Source of the DNA: Candidatus Cloacimonadales bacterium
GTDB lineage: Bacteria > Cloacimonadota > Cloacimonadia > Cloacimonadales > DAONDQ01
DNA: 64,000 nt
NCBI GenBank assembly: GCA_963662275.1
Contig: OY759316.1
Coordinates: 160,001-224,000, forward strand
Direction: 5' to 3'
Made by a program: the position numbers and the translations under genes. Shown in pieces: positions 39,592-50,167 of the stretch; within the stretch, counting starts at the first letter, position 1, and every line of letters begins with the position of its first letter. Below the pieces are notes generated by a model. The model had not been told where the DNA came from. It worked only from the letters and a program-made list of their open reading frames with translations, and ran no database searches.

Positions 39592-40346
39592 CTTTGCAAC
39601 ACTTCCATCGCTAATTGAAGATAATTCTGCGCCCCCACAGATTTGATATCATAATGAAATATAGATTTCCCAAAGCTGGGAGCTTCACTTAATTTGACAT
39701 TACGAACAATGATAGTTTTGAATACTTTTTCCTTAAAATAGCGTCGTACTTCTTTTGCTACCTGGTTGGAAAGGTTCAAACGCTTATCATACATAGTCAT
39801 CAGGATGCCGAGTATATTCAGGTTCGGGTTTAAATTCTTTTGAATTAGCCTGACTGTATTTAATAATTGGCTAACACCTTCTAGAGCATAATATTCACAT
39901 TGAATAGGAATGATAACATCTGTACAAGCTGTCAAGGCGTTGACGGTTAACAGACCCAATGAAGGCGGGCAATCGATAAGAATATATTCATAATCATTCA
40001 GGATGGGTTGAATGGCATCTTTGAGTTTCTGTTCACGGGAAAATTCCTTTACAAGCTCAATTTCAGCTCCTGTCAGATCGATATTACCGGGAATAATATC
40101 CAGATGCTCGATCACTGTATGGAGAATTGTCTCTTTTGTTGGAACACGTTGAATTAGAGCATCATAGATTTGGAGAGGTGTATTGTCTTTTTCAATCCCA
40201 AAGCCACTGGATGCATTTCCCTGGGGATCGAAATCTATGAGAAGTGTCTTTTTTTCCAATATTCCTAAGCCGGCAGCAAGATTGACTGTCGTCGTTGTCT
40301 TACCAACACCGCCTTTCTGATTTACAATCGCAATGATTTTCTTCAT
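39588..40346 (-). CDS. parA: Chromosome partitioning ATPase ParA/Soj
   Basis: NQKGGVGKTTT, DPQGNA, DCPPSLG, EAPSFG. Confidence 0.96.
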   Translation of the reverse strand: MKKIIAIVNQKGGVGKTTTTVNLAAGLGILEKKTLLIDFDPQGNASSGFGIEKDNTPLQIYDALIQRVPTKETILHTVIEHLDIIPGNIDLTGAEIELVKEFSREQKLKDAIQPILNDYEYILIDCPPSLGLLTVNALTACTDVIIPIQCEYYALEGVSQLLNTVRLIQKNLNPNLNILGILMTMYDKRLNLSNQVAKEVRRYFKEKVFKTIIVRNVKLSEAPSFGKSIFHYDIKSVGAQNYLQLAMEVLQR

Positions 40347-40957
40347 ATTTTTCCAATTTCTATTATATTTCTCGTACCCACTGCCACGTGACTGACATCA
40401 TGAATTTTGAAGGATGAGAATTGTTCAGCATCCTCCCAGGACTTGCTTTTATAGAGAAGAATCCTACCATCTTTCTTAAGGAGTTTTTGCATTGAATCCC
40501 GGAATTCCGGTATTATTTTCACTGACCTGCAGACGATTAAATCAAATCCTTCTGTATCATGGTAATTTTCTAAACGATTCCAAACTGGATAACAATGTTC
40601 TAGATTCAGAGCTTCTATTATCTCATGCAACGCTTTTACTTTCTTGCCTTTGGCGTCAAGTAAAATCATATCCAGTCGAGGTTTCACCAACTGAAGGGGA
40701 ATACCTGGAAGACCACCCCCCGAACCGAAGTCGAGAATCCTCTCATGGTCAAGATTAAAGCATTTCAGTAACAACAGACTATCCAGGAAATGAACAGTCC
40801 AAATATCGTCTGGATTCATTTGACGGGAGTAGAGATTGATATGCTCATTAATCTGTATCAGTGTTTTATGTAGAATCTCAAACTGAGAAAGCACGGTATT
40901 CCATGTTTCTGGCAATAGTTCCATCAGAAATTGAGTGAACTGTTCTTTCTGTCCCAT
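40343..40957 (-). CDS. rsmG: 16S rRNA m7G527 methyltransferase RsmG
   Basis: HFLDSL, LDFGSGGGLPGIPL; classic rsmG-parA-parB order. Confidence 0.92.
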   Translation of the reverse strand: MGQKEQFTQFLMELLPETWNTVLSQFEILHKTLIQINEHINLYSRQMNPDDIWTVHFLDSLLLLKCFNLDHERILDFGSGGGLPGIPLQLVKPRLDMILLDAKGKKVKALHEIIEALNLEHCYPVWNRLENYHDTEGFDLIVCRSVKIIPEFRDSMQKLLKKDGRILLYKSKSWEDAEQFSSFKIHDVSHVAVGTRNIIEIGKI

Positions 40958-40975
40958 CTAACCTCTATCTATGTT

Positions 40976-41090
40976 GTGGAGTAAGATTCCGATCTTACTG
41001 AATCTTGATTTAACAATGTAGGGGACCGCGTCAGCAGACCCATCTACCTCGAGAGCATTGAAGAATGGGTCTGCTGACGCAGACCCCTAC
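40976..41090. repeat. REP-like cluster: one family-A copy plus an inverted GTAGGGG pair
   Basis: gtggagtaagattccgatcttact; gtaggggaccgcgtcagcagacccat ... atgggtctgctgacgcagacccctac. Confidence 0.7.
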
Positions 41091-41233
41091 AGCGCATACT
41101 TTATTGAAAGAAATGTCTATCCTGTAAAGAGAAAGTTTCAGCAGGAAGGAAAGAGAATAAAATAAAACTTGCTCTCTTTATCAGCTTATCTTTCATAGTA
41201 TGAAGATTATTAATTTGAGGAGAAAGTGAGGAT

Positions 41234-42340
41234 ATGCTTGATTTATTGAGTGGCTTCATCGTACTGGTTACTGATTACAAAGCTTTAATTATGATACTTG
41301 TTGGAGCTGGTCTGATCTACCTTGCAATTCGCAAAGAATATGAGCCTGCACTATTACTGCCTATCGGTTTCGGTACAATCCTGGCTAATCTCCCCATGTC
41401 CTCAGCAATAGGAGCTGATGGCATCCTGACTTTCCTGTTTAAAATCGGTATTCTGACAGAACTCTTCCCACTCCTAATATTTATTGCAATCGGAGCGATG
41501 ATTGACTTCACTCCTTTATTAAAAAATCCGCTAATGCTCTTATTTGGGGCAGCTGCACAATTTGGTATTTTCTTTACTTTATCGACTGCAACCTTACTTG
41601 GCTTTTCTCTTAAACAATCAGCCTCTATCGGTATTATCGGTGCAGCGGATGGTCCAACTTCCATTTATGTAGCCACAAAATTTGCCACTGAATTATTGGG
41701 ACCTATATCTGTTGCCGCCTATTCATATATGGCGCTTGTACCAATTATTCAACCACCAGTCATTCGCCTTCTAACTTCTTCTAAAGAAAGAAAGATACGA
41801 ATGGATTATCAAGCGGGTGATGTCTCTCGAACTGTGAAAATTATCTTTCCTATTTTAGTAACCATGCTTGCTGGTATCATTGCACCTACTTCCGTCGCGC
41901 TGATCGGATTTCTTATGTTTGGAAACCTGATTCGTGAATGCGGTGTTTTAAAAAATCTTTCCGAAACTGCTCAAAAAGAATTAGCAAATCTTGTAACTAT
42001 CCTACTTGGAATCACAATTGCTTCTACAATGACTGGGGAGCGATTCATCCAGCCAACGACACTGATGATTCTTGTTATGGGATTATTTGCTTTTATCTTC
42101 GATACCGCTGGTGGTGTTCTTTTTGCTAAATTATTGAATCTTTTTTTAAAGAAGAAGATCAATCCCATGGTGGGAGCTTGCGGTATTTCGGCTTTCCCCA
42201 TGTCGGCTAGGGTCATTCAGAAAATGGGACAAAAGGAAGATCCCTTCAATTTTCTATTGATGCCTGCCGTAAGTGCTAATGTTGCTGGTCAAATCGGATC
42301 AGTTATTGCTGGTGGTTTAATCCTGGCACTTGTACATTAA
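41234..42340 (+). CDS. Na+-translocating decarboxylase beta subunit (OadB/MmdB/GcdB family)
   Basis: EPALLLPIGFG, GAAAQFGIF, IGIIGAADGPT, AAYSYMALVPIIQPP. Confidence 0.93.
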   Translation: MLDLLSGFIVLVTDYKALIMILVGAGLIYLAIRKEYEPALLLPIGFGTILANLPMSSAIGADGILTFLFKIGILTELFPLLIFIAIGAMIDFTPLLKNPLMLLFGAAAQFGIFFTLSTATLLGFSLKQSASIGIIGAADGPTSIYVATKFATELLGPISVAAYSYMALVPIIQPPVIRLLTSSKERKIRMDYQAGDVSRTVKIIFPILVTMLAGIIAPTSVALIGFLMFGNLIRECGVLKNLSETAQKELANLVTILLGITIASTMTGERFIQPTTLMILVMGLFAFIFDTAGGVLFAKLLNLFLKKKINPMVGACGISAFPMSARVIQKMGQKEDPFNFLLMPAVSANVAGQIGSVIAGGLILALVH

Positions 42341-42350
42341 GGAGAATGTA

Positions 42351-42743
42351 ATGAATGATATCATGAAAGAATTATTAGATATAGCGAAACAAGCATCCAA
42401 GAATGCTTATGCTCCCTACTCGAATTTCAAGGTTGGGGCTGCTGTCCGCGCATCAAGTGGTGCAATCTATTCAGCATGCAATGTGGAAAATTCTTCCTAC
42501 TCTCTTACTCTCTGTGCTGAACGAAATGCAATATTCCAGGCGATATCTAAAGGTGAACGCATAATTACAGAAATCGCAATTTATGTTGATAGTGATAAGC
42601 TTTTTCCCCCTTGTGGTGCATGTCGGCAGGTAATGGCTGAATTTGCTTCCGACTTACCTATCGTTTATGCTTCTCATAATGAAGTTCTAGAGTCTAAATT
42701 ATCAGATCTATTACCCCAGAGTTTTTTATTAAAAAATGACTGA
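42351..42743 (+). CDS. cdd: Cytidine deaminase
   Basis: AYAPYSNFKVGAA, NVENSSY...CAER, PCGACRQ; AAGGAG RBS before ATG 42351. Confidence 0.94.
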   Translation: MNDIMKELLDIAKQASKNAYAPYSNFKVGAAVRASSGAIYSACNVENSSYSLTLCAERNAIFQAISKGERIITEIAIYVDSDKLFPPCGACRQVMAEFASDLPIVYASHNEVLESKLSDLLPQSFLLKND

Positions 42744-43629
42744 TCCATTATTTCTGGAGTATCAGAATTGTCTGCTTTGCCCTCGAAATTGCAGTATAAA
42801 TCGTTATGAAACCACAGGATATTGCAATAGTACAGCAAACTTGAAAATGAATATTGCTCAACTGCATTTTGGAGAAGAACCCCCTATTTCCGGTACAAAT
42901 GGCAGCGGTACAATTTTTCTCAGTAATTGTAATCTGAAGTGTGTGTTTTGCCAAAATTACGAGATCAACGACTTTGGACAGGGTAAGGAAATATCGCTGG
43001 AAATGCTCGTTCAGATCATGTTTGATTTGAAAAACAAAGGTGCTCATAATATCAACTTTGTCACCCCAACTCACTTCACACCTCATATAAGAGCAGCTAT
43101 CATCCAGGCAAAAAACAACGGATTGAATATTCCAATCGTTTGGAATTCCAATGCCTATGAAAAACTGGAAACTCTGAAATCCATGGAAGGTTTAGTGGAT
43201 ATTTATCTTCCAGACTTGAAATATGCTGCAGGTATCTTTGCAGGTAAGTATTCGGGTGCAAAGGACTATCCTCAAATTGCTCAGCCTGGTATCTTGGAGA
43301 TGTATCGCCAAGTTGGTAACCTGCAGGAAAATCTTGGTATTGCTTCAAAAGGATTAATTATTCGGCTGCTTGTTTTACCTAATCAACTGGCAGGAATACG
43401 TCAAAATCTGTATTGGATTCATGAAAATCTCGGTGTAGAAACATATATTAGTCTCATGGGGCAATATTATCCAACGCATAAGGCGAACGAATACCCTGAG
43501 ATCAATCGTGGTATCACCCATGATGAATACAGCAAAGTATCAGATTTATTGCATGACTTGGGTTTTCAAAATGGTTTTATCCAGGATTGCGGCAGTACTT
43601 CAGATTGGACTCCAACATTTGAAGAATAA
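42736..43629 (+). CDS. pflX: PflX-like radical SAM protein
   Basis: CLLCPRNC, HFGEEPPISG..GSGTIF..CNLKCVFCQN, NINFVTPTH, DIYLPDLKY. Confidence 0.88.
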   Translation: MTDPLFLEYQNCLLCPRNCSINRYETTGYCNSTANLKMNIAQLHFGEEPPISGTNGSGTIFLSNCNLKCVFCQNYEINDFGQGKEISLEMLVQIMFDLKNKGAHNINFVTPTHFTPHIRAAIIQAKNNGLNIPIVWNSNAYEKLETLKSMEGLVDIYLPDLKYAAGIFAGKYSGAKDYPQIAQPGILEMYRQVGNLQENLGIASKGLIIRLLVLPNQLAGIRQNLYWIHENLGVETYISLMGQYYPTHKANEYPEINRGITHDEYSKVSDLLHDLGFQNGFIQDCGSTSDWTPTFEE

Positions 43630-43714
43630 AACGGTGTTTCCTTCTCTGGTAACGGAGTAATCAACCCATTCTTTAACAGCTTAACAAGGCGTGATGATAT
43701 TAAAACATAAGTAA

Positions 43715-43743
43715 TAGGGGCAGACACATTGGTCTGCCCCTAC
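43715..43743. terminator. REP-like hairpin / bidirectional terminator between convergent genes
   Basis: taggggcagac-acattg-gtctgccccta. Confidence 0.6.
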
Positions 43744-43753
43744 AAGCTATAAG

Positions 43754-45211
43754 CTATTTGACCATCACCATTTTGTGGGTCAAGATCCTGCCTCCGGTTT
43801 CAAGTTTAGTAAAATAGACTCCGGAAGAGACTTTATTGCCATCCTGGTTATCGCCATTCCATGTGATCTTGTGATTACCAATTGCCATCGTCTCATTGAC
43901 CATTAGTTTAACCAATTGTCCTTTCATATTGTAGATACCAATTTGGACATTTTCATTTTTGGGTACAAAATAACTGATCGTGGTCGTAGGATTAAATGGG
44001 TTTGGATAGTTCGATATCGTGAGTGGAGCACTAGGACTGGTCTGATCATTATTCGGGGTAACAATTGGTAAAGTCAGGAAATGCGTAGTAAATAAGGTTT
44101 CATACCCCCCAGCGTTGCTTAATCCACCAGTGAAAAGTATCCGCCCATCCTGTAATTGAGACCATTCCATATTGCTGTTACCGACTAAATTATCAAAATC
44201 TAGCCTTGTTGTATCAGAAACGGCAACATTACCTGCAATAGCGATTAAGTGGTTTGCATTACTTTGAATATTATACGCCAGCAAGAAGGGCATACTATAG
44301 GTATAGTCATACATCACATTGTTTCGTAACCCATCCGTAGAAGAATTGGGTAAAATTACCGGGAGCTTGGTTATTTCAGCAGTTGTGGGATTTACTGTAA
44401 ACAAAGTGTAACTGGTAATACCTTCAATTGCTCTTTCAGCCAGGCAAAGGAAATTGCCACTAGGTAGTAGCAATTGTTGGTTCATGTCTGAATTAATAGT
44501 CCAGCCGATCTCACCGGGAAATAATTGCTCAGAGACCAGTGTAAATTGATTTGTTGTACGGTTAAAACGTTCAACACTGGTACGTAAGGAATCGGGATGA
44601 TTAAACGAGGACAACCCGCCTATTACCAATGCTCCGCCATCGTTGAGAGGTAGCACAACAGTGGCAGAACGACCAAAAAACATGTTACCTGTGGGTGTCC
44701 AGGTATTGTTTGTGGGTGAATAAATCTCACCAGTTTTGTCAGCATTTGAATTGTACCAGGCACCGACTGCCAAAACAGTCCCATCGCTTAGTAAGCAGGA
44801 ACCGAAAAGCATACGCTGCTGATTCATTGATGCACATGGTTCAATTGCATGAGACATGGTATTGATGATATCGCAGTTGTTAACACCGGGAGCATTCCCC
44901 ATCGTAGCAAATGCCCCACCGCAAACTATCCATCTGGCGTCATCAAGTTGACTCACCGAACACATATCATGATTGGATGATAAGGCTAGCTGAGTAAAAA
45001 CACCAGATATGGGAATATAATATTCCGCTGTGCTTAAGGCAACAAATCCGTTTGTATGACCACCGACTAGCCATACAGTACCATTATTGTCAGTAAATTG
45101 AAAATGCGAACGACGCGCTACGGTCATGTCAGGACCGGTTGTCAATGTTAATGCCTGACAGATTAAAGGGAGAGCCATACAAAATAACAGAACAATAATC
45201 AAGGTTTTCAT
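43754..45211 (-). CDS. Secreted Kelch-repeat protein with YPNPFNP/FlgD-Ig C-terminal domain
   Basis: M..R..H...L.DG.VL.VGG...EIY.P....W..TG.M repeats; NYPNPFNP. Confidence 0.82.
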   Translation of the reverse strand: MKTLIIVLLFCMALPLICQALTLTTGPDMTVARRSHFQFTDNNGTVWLVGGHTNGFVALSTAEYYIPISGVFTQLALSSNHDMCSVSQLDDARWIVCGGAFATMGNAPGVNNCDIINTMSHAIEPCASMNQQRMLFGSCLLSDGTVLAVGAWYNSNADKTGEIYSPTNNTWTPTGNMFFGRSATVVLPLNDGGALVIGGLSSFNHPDSLRTSVERFNRTTNQFTLVSEQLFPGEIGWTINSDMNQQLLLPSGNFLCLAERAIEGITSYTLFTVNPTTAEITKLPVILPNSSTDGLRNNVMYDYTYSMPFLLAYNIQSNANHLIAIAGNVAVSDTTRLDFDNLVGNSNMEWSQLQDGRILFTGGLSNAGGYETLFTTHFLTLPIVTPNNDQTSPSAPLTISNYPNPFNPTTTISYFVPKNENVQIGIYNMKGQLVKLMVNETMAIGNHKITWNGDNQDGNKVSSGVYFTKLETGGRILTHKMVMVK

Positions 45212-45301
45212 GATAACTCCTATCTTATGTATTTTGCTACGTAAAAGTTAATAGAAATATTTGACGCTGTAATATGAATGTCAAGTTATTTTTTTATCTA
45301 G

Positions 45302-46947
45302 CTCACATCCCCCCGTTTTTCAAACCAGGTATTTTTAGCTGCTGATTATCCAGCCATTTTCCTGCAAAAGGATTGAGCCTGTACCTTGTCACGGTGGCAA
45401 AACACATCTCTATCAGCATTGACAGACGATAATACACAAAGTCATATATCTGCTTCCACTGTTTATTTGAGTATTTCATAAGATTTGGGAAGGCATCTAA
45501 AAATACGCCAGCATACTTTTTCAGAGAATACAGGTAGCACATAGCTAGCAGAAGCAGCTGGTTCATGTTTTTCAGACGGGTATATGATTTCAGTTGTATC
45601 TTTTCCCAACCATATTCCTGCTTGATATGGCGATGGACCTCTTCGATTTTCCAGCGTATGCGATACATCCGCAAAACCTTCTCCATGATAGCATTTTCCG
45701 TCAGATAAGGTTGTGTCGGAAAGTCGCAGATGAAATAGAAATATCCCTGTCTGCCACTAGCATCGGGACTGAACTGTGCAACAATAAGCCAGGCATCTGT
45801 AGTATCAGGGTATTTTACAGGGTAAGGATTCAAACGCAGCTTCACCCGCGTTAAACCACATTTTATCTGTTGTCCTGATTCTTGCAGATTGAATGTATGA
45901 TCGAGTTTCACTGTCTTTGCCACTGCCATGAAGTTCTGTTCGCAGCCATCCATGATAAGACTTCTTTCACCTGTTGATCTGATGATATAGCTTAGTCCAT
46001 GTTCATGCAGAAAGCTGAATAGATTTCGGTTGTCAAAGCCACGGTCGAAAATAGTTACTCCACGGTTACCACTTGCAAGAATAATCCCCACTAGCCGGTC
46101 TTCCATGATCTGAGAGACGCTATCCAGTTCCATGTTTCGGGCTATCAGGTCTGAACTGATGGGTTTTATCTCATAGCCTGTACTGCCTGCCTGATAGGCA
46201 ATTATATTCAGCAATGCATAGCCCTGCTGATCATGACTGCCGGTGCTGCCATCACGCACCTTCTGCAATCCCTCCATCTTTTTGGCTTTGGTTTTTACGA
46301 TATCACTTTCATCAACTATGATGCCTGTCTCATCATCAAAACCCTGGCACTGATGCCTAATTATTTCCGCTTGCAGCTTATCTCCTAAGGGCTTCTTATT
46401 CAAATGTCGGGTGAAACGTTCGCAGAGCTTTTTAACCGTGATTGGTTCATTTAGCTGTTTCGCTATTTGGAGCATAATTACAGATTTACTTTTCAGTATC
46501 CCTAAGCAGATATCCTGTATGAACTTATACACAGGTAGAGATTGCGTTTCTCTAAAATTATTCAGAAATTGTAACAATTTTACTTGCAAGGTTTCTCTGG
46601 TTTTGATTTGCTTCTTATTAATCATGGGTGTCTCCTTCTTAGGTTTGGTTTAGTGCTTGAACAAAAGATCGGAGACACTTTTTTTGTACAGTTTTATTAT
46701 GGACATTCTATATAGTTATCTTATTTTCTCACATAATTTTATAAGTTTTATTAAAATACCTGCTTTTTGCTTTTACCGTGAAAACACAACTCTTCTGTTT
46801 ACCGTAAATTACAAATTGCACTAGTTTCTGTTTAGGAGTTTTGACCAACCAGTGATGTTAAACAGATTTTCAAAGTCGGCAAAACGTTTGACTGTTACTA
46901 TAAACGCTTCTAAACTAATTGTTAAGAAAATTACGGGGGGATGCCTG
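45302..46947 (-). mobile_element. IS4-like insertion sequence, copy 1 (1646 bp)
   Basis: Ends ctcacatccccccgt / acggggggatgcctg; 14-bp direct repeat atttttttatctag at 45288 and 46948. Confidence 0.88.
45303..46625 (-). CDS. IS4-superfamily DDE transposase
   Basis: IVDESD, FDRGFD, YRIRWKIEEVHRHIKQ (YREK signature). Confidence 0.9.
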   Translation of the reverse strand: MINKKQIKTRETLQVKLLQFLNNFRETQSLPVYKFIQDICLGILKSKSVIMLQIAKQLNEPITVKKLCERFTRHLNKKPLGDKLQAEIIRHQCQGFDDETGIIVDESDIVKTKAKKMEGLQKVRDGSTGSHDQQGYALLNIIAYQAGSTGYEIKPISSDLIARNMELDSVSQIMEDRLVGIILASGNRGVTIFDRGFDNRNLFSFLHEHGLSYIIRSTGERSLIMDGCEQNFMAVAKTVKLDHTFNLQESGQQIKCGLTRVKLRLNPYPVKYPDTTDAWLIVAQFSPDASGRQGYFYFICDFPTQPYLTENAIMEKVLRMYRIRWKIEEVHRHIKQEYGWEKIQLKSYTRLKNMNQLLLLAMCYLYSLKKYAGVFLDAFPNLMKYSNKQWKQIYDFVYYRLSMLIEMCFATVTRYRLNPFAGKWLDNQQLKIPGLKNGGM

Positions 46948-46961
46948 ATTTTTTTATCTAG

Positions 46962-48607
46962 CTCACATCCCCCCGTTTTTCAAACCAGGTATTTTTAGCT
47001 GCTGATTATCCAGCCATTTTCCTGCAAAAGGATTGAGCCTGTACCTTGTCACGGTGGCAAAACACATCTCTATCAGCATTGACAGACGATAATACACAAA
47101 GTCATATATCTGCTTCCACTGTTTATTTGAGTATTTCATAAGATTTGGGAAGGCATCTAAAAATACGCCAGCATACTTTTTCAGAGAATACAGGTAGCAC
47201 ATAGCTAGCAGAAGCAGCTGGTTCATGTTTTTCAGACGGGTATATGATTTCAGTTGTATCTTTTCCCAACCATATTCCTGCTTGATATGGCGATGGACCT
47301 CTTCGATTTTCCAGCGTATGCGATACATCCGCAAAACCTTCTCCATGATAGCATTTTCCGTCAGATAAGGTTGTGTCGGAAAGTCGCAGATGAAATAGAA
47401 ATATCCCTGTCTGCCACTAGCATCGGGACTGAACTGTGCAACAATAAGCCAGGCATCTGTAGTATCAGGGTATTTTACAGGGTAAGGATTCAAACGCAGC
47501 TTCACCCGCGTTAAACCACATTTTATCTGTTGTCCTGATTCTTGCAGATTGAATGTATGATCGAGTTTCACTGTCTTTGCCACTGCCATGAAGTTCTGTT
47601 CGCAGCCATCCATGATAAGACTTCTTTCACCTGTTGATCTGATGATATAGCTTAGTCCATGTTCATGCAGAAAGCTGAATAGATTTCGGTTGTCAAAGCC
47701 ACGGTCGAAAATAGTTACTCCACGGTTACCACTTGCAAGAATAATCCCCACTAGCCGGTCTTCCATGATCTGAGAGACGCTATCCAGTTCCATGTTTCGG
47801 GCTATCAGGTCTGAACTGATGGGTTTTATCTCATAGCCTGTACTGCCTGCCTGATAGGCAATTATATTCAGCAATGCATAGCCCTGCTGATCATGACTGC
47901 CGGTGCTGCCATCACGCACCTTCTGCAATCCCTCCATCTTTTTGGCTTTGGTTTTTACGATATCACTTTCATCAACTATGATGCCTGTCTCATCATCAAA
48001 ACCCTGGCACTGATGCCTAATTATTTCCGCTTGCAGCTTATCTCCTAAGGGCTTCTTATTCAAATGTCGGGTGAAACGTTCGCAGAGCTTTTTAACCGTG
48101 ATTGGTTCATTTAGCTGTTTCGCTATTTGGAGCATAATTACAGATTTACTTTTCAGTATCCCTAAGCAGATATCCTGTATGAACTTATACACAGGTAGAG
48201 ATTGCGTTTCTCTAAAATTATTCAGAAATTGTAACAATTTTACTTGCAAGGTTTCTCTGGTTTTGATTTGCTTCTTATTAATCATGGGTGTCTCCTTCTT
48301 AGGTTTGGTTTAGTGCTTGAACAAAAGATCGGAGACACTTTTTTTGTACAGTTTTATTATGGACATTCTATATAGTTATCTTATTTTCTCACATAATTTT
48401 ATAAGTTTTATTAAAATACCTGCTTTTTGCTTTTACCGTGAAAACACAACTCTTCTGTTTACCGTAAATTACAAATTGCACTAGTTTCTGTTTAGGAGTT
48501 TTGACCAACCAGTGATGTTAAACAGATTTTCAAAGTCGGCAAAACGTTTGACTGTTACTATAAACGCTTCTAAACTAATTGTTAAGAAAATTACGGGGGG
48601 ATGCCTG
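46962..48607 (-). mobile_element. IS4-like insertion sequence, copy 2 (tandem copy)
   Basis: Same ends; direct repeats at 46948 and 48608. Confidence 0.88.
46963..48285 (-). CDS. IS4-superfamily DDE transposase (identical to 45303-46625)
   Basis: Identical translation. Confidence 0.9.
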   Translation of the reverse strand: MINKKQIKTRETLQVKLLQFLNNFRETQSLPVYKFIQDICLGILKSKSVIMLQIAKQLNEPITVKKLCERFTRHLNKKPLGDKLQAEIIRHQCQGFDDETGIIVDESDIVKTKAKKMEGLQKVRDGSTGSHDQQGYALLNIIAYQAGSTGYEIKPISSDLIARNMELDSVSQIMEDRLVGIILASGNRGVTIFDRGFDNRNLFSFLHEHGLSYIIRSTGERSLIMDGCEQNFMAVAKTVKLDHTFNLQESGQQIKCGLTRVKLRLNPYPVKYPDTTDAWLIVAQFSPDASGRQGYFYFICDFPTQPYLTENAIMEKVLRMYRIRWKIEEVHRHIKQEYGWEKIQLKSYTRLKNMNQLLLLAMCYLYSLKKYAGVFLDAFPNLMKYSNKQWKQIYDFVYYRLSMLIEMCFATVTRYRLNPFAGKWLDNQQLKIPGLKNGGM

Positions 48608-49036
48608 ATTTTTTTATCTAGTCTGTTTCTGATAGATTTTCCTCGTTTTTTTCTCTTTAAATAGACTTTTAAGTAAAAAAATATATCAATAAAAAGTATC
48701 TAAAGCTAGAAAGATTAAGGGCAAGATACAAACACTTCCAAGAGATGCTTTGGGATACTGTAAGAGTGCTGAATAGTATATCATGCTTTCAAATCAAGTA
48801 TACGGTAAATTGGAATGACAGGGATGATTCAAATTAACAGATAACATCCAGGATTTATTACAATATTCTTGAGACTAAAAAGCACAGTATCAAAAGAAAA
48901 ATGATCATAAAAAAGCAGGTGCTAGACAACATGACACAGCAATTACAAAAAAAACAGTTGACTAATTCTTCTAGTACAGTTCCTGCTCTTATTAGTAACT
49001 GATGAATTAGAAAAGACTTAAGAATGGATGATATAA

Positions 49037-50149
49037 ATGAAATATAGATATATGCTACTCATGTTGCTGATTTGTGTTACTTTATCAGCAGATATCAAGA
49101 TCACTTTTCAAAAAGTACCTATCTGCAGCATGCTGCAAACTAGTATTATAGAAAATCAAGAATATTTTAAGCTAGCTGATTTCAATGCTATCTTCCGTTC
49201 CTATTCTTCAGAAGAGATAGCTGATTCGCGATTAAATCTTAATCTTTATGGGGAACAGTTTTTCTTTTTATTGAATTCACCTTATGTGCTTTTTCAAAAC
49301 AAAGTATATGATATCAAATATTCAACCAAAGTTCAGAACAACTATTATTATCTTCCGCTGAATTTCATTACTGATCTTCTACCAGTCGTATTATCTAATC
49401 AATTCAGAAAACAGGGAGATGAGCTTGTTTGCCAGAAACCTCTAGATAATTCCATCCAGACAATCGTGATCGACCCGGGACATGGGGGAAAAGATCCAGG
49501 CGCTGTTGGATATCGGAAAACTCATGAAAGCGACATAACCCTGAAATTGGCTCTTATGCTGAAAGCTATGCTGGAAAAGGAACTAGGTGTAAGAGTATTA
49601 CTGACACGTTCAACGAATGAATTTGTCTCTCTGAATGAAAGGACTACTTTTGCCAATAACCAGAAAGCTGATCTATTTATCTCAATTCACTGCAATGCAT
49701 CCAAATCACGTACTGCTGAAGGAACGGAATTATACTATCTTTCCACAGCAAGAACGACAGAATCACGTGCTGTGGAATCTATGGAAAATGAAGTGGTTGC
49801 CAAGTATGAAGGTGGTCAAAACGCTGTTAAAAAATACGATGACCTGACATTCATTCTTTCCGACATGATGCAGACTGAACAATTGGAAGAAAGCAATGCG
49901 CTTTCCCAAAAACTAATCAATAATATCGTCATTGGTACTTCCGGTCTGGATCACGGTGTTCACCAAGCTGGTTTCTATGTACTTAGGGGAGCATTCATGC
50001 CTTCGGTACTGATAGAAACTGAATATATCTCCAACTTGAAAGCAGAAAAAAAAATAAATGATCCTCTTTACCAGGAAATGGTAGTTAAATCCATATTCTA
50101 TGGCATTAAAAGCTTCAAATATCAATATGATCGGATTCGAAATTCTTAA
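49037..50149 (+). CDS. N-acetylmuramoyl-L-alanine amidase (Amidase_3)
   Basis: IDPGHGGKDPGA, E, FISIHCNA, PSVLIE. Confidence 0.92.
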   Translation: MKYRYMLLMLLICVTLSADIKITFQKVPICSMLQTSIIENQEYFKLADFNAIFRSYSSEEIADSRLNLNLYGEQFFFLLNSPYVLFQNKVYDIKYSTKVQNNYYYLPLNFITDLLPVVLSNQFRKQGDELVCQKPLDNSIQTIVIDPGHGGKDPGAVGYRKTHESDITLKLALMLKAMLEKELGVRVLLTRSTNEFVSLNERTTFANNQKADLFISIHCNASKSRTAEGTELYYLSTARTTESRAVESMENEVVAKYEGGQNAVKKYDDLTFILSDMMQTEQLEESNALSQKLINNIVIGTSGLDHGVHQAGFYVLRGAFMPSVLIETEYISNLKAEKKINDPLYQEMVVKSIFYGIKSFKYQYDRIRNS

Positions 50150-50167
50150 TATCCAACAGGAGACCAC

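Noticed and set aside
38746..41233. parS site or oriC near rsmG-parA-parB
   Set aside because: No TGTTTCACGTGAAACA-like palindrome or DnaA-box cluster spotted by eye
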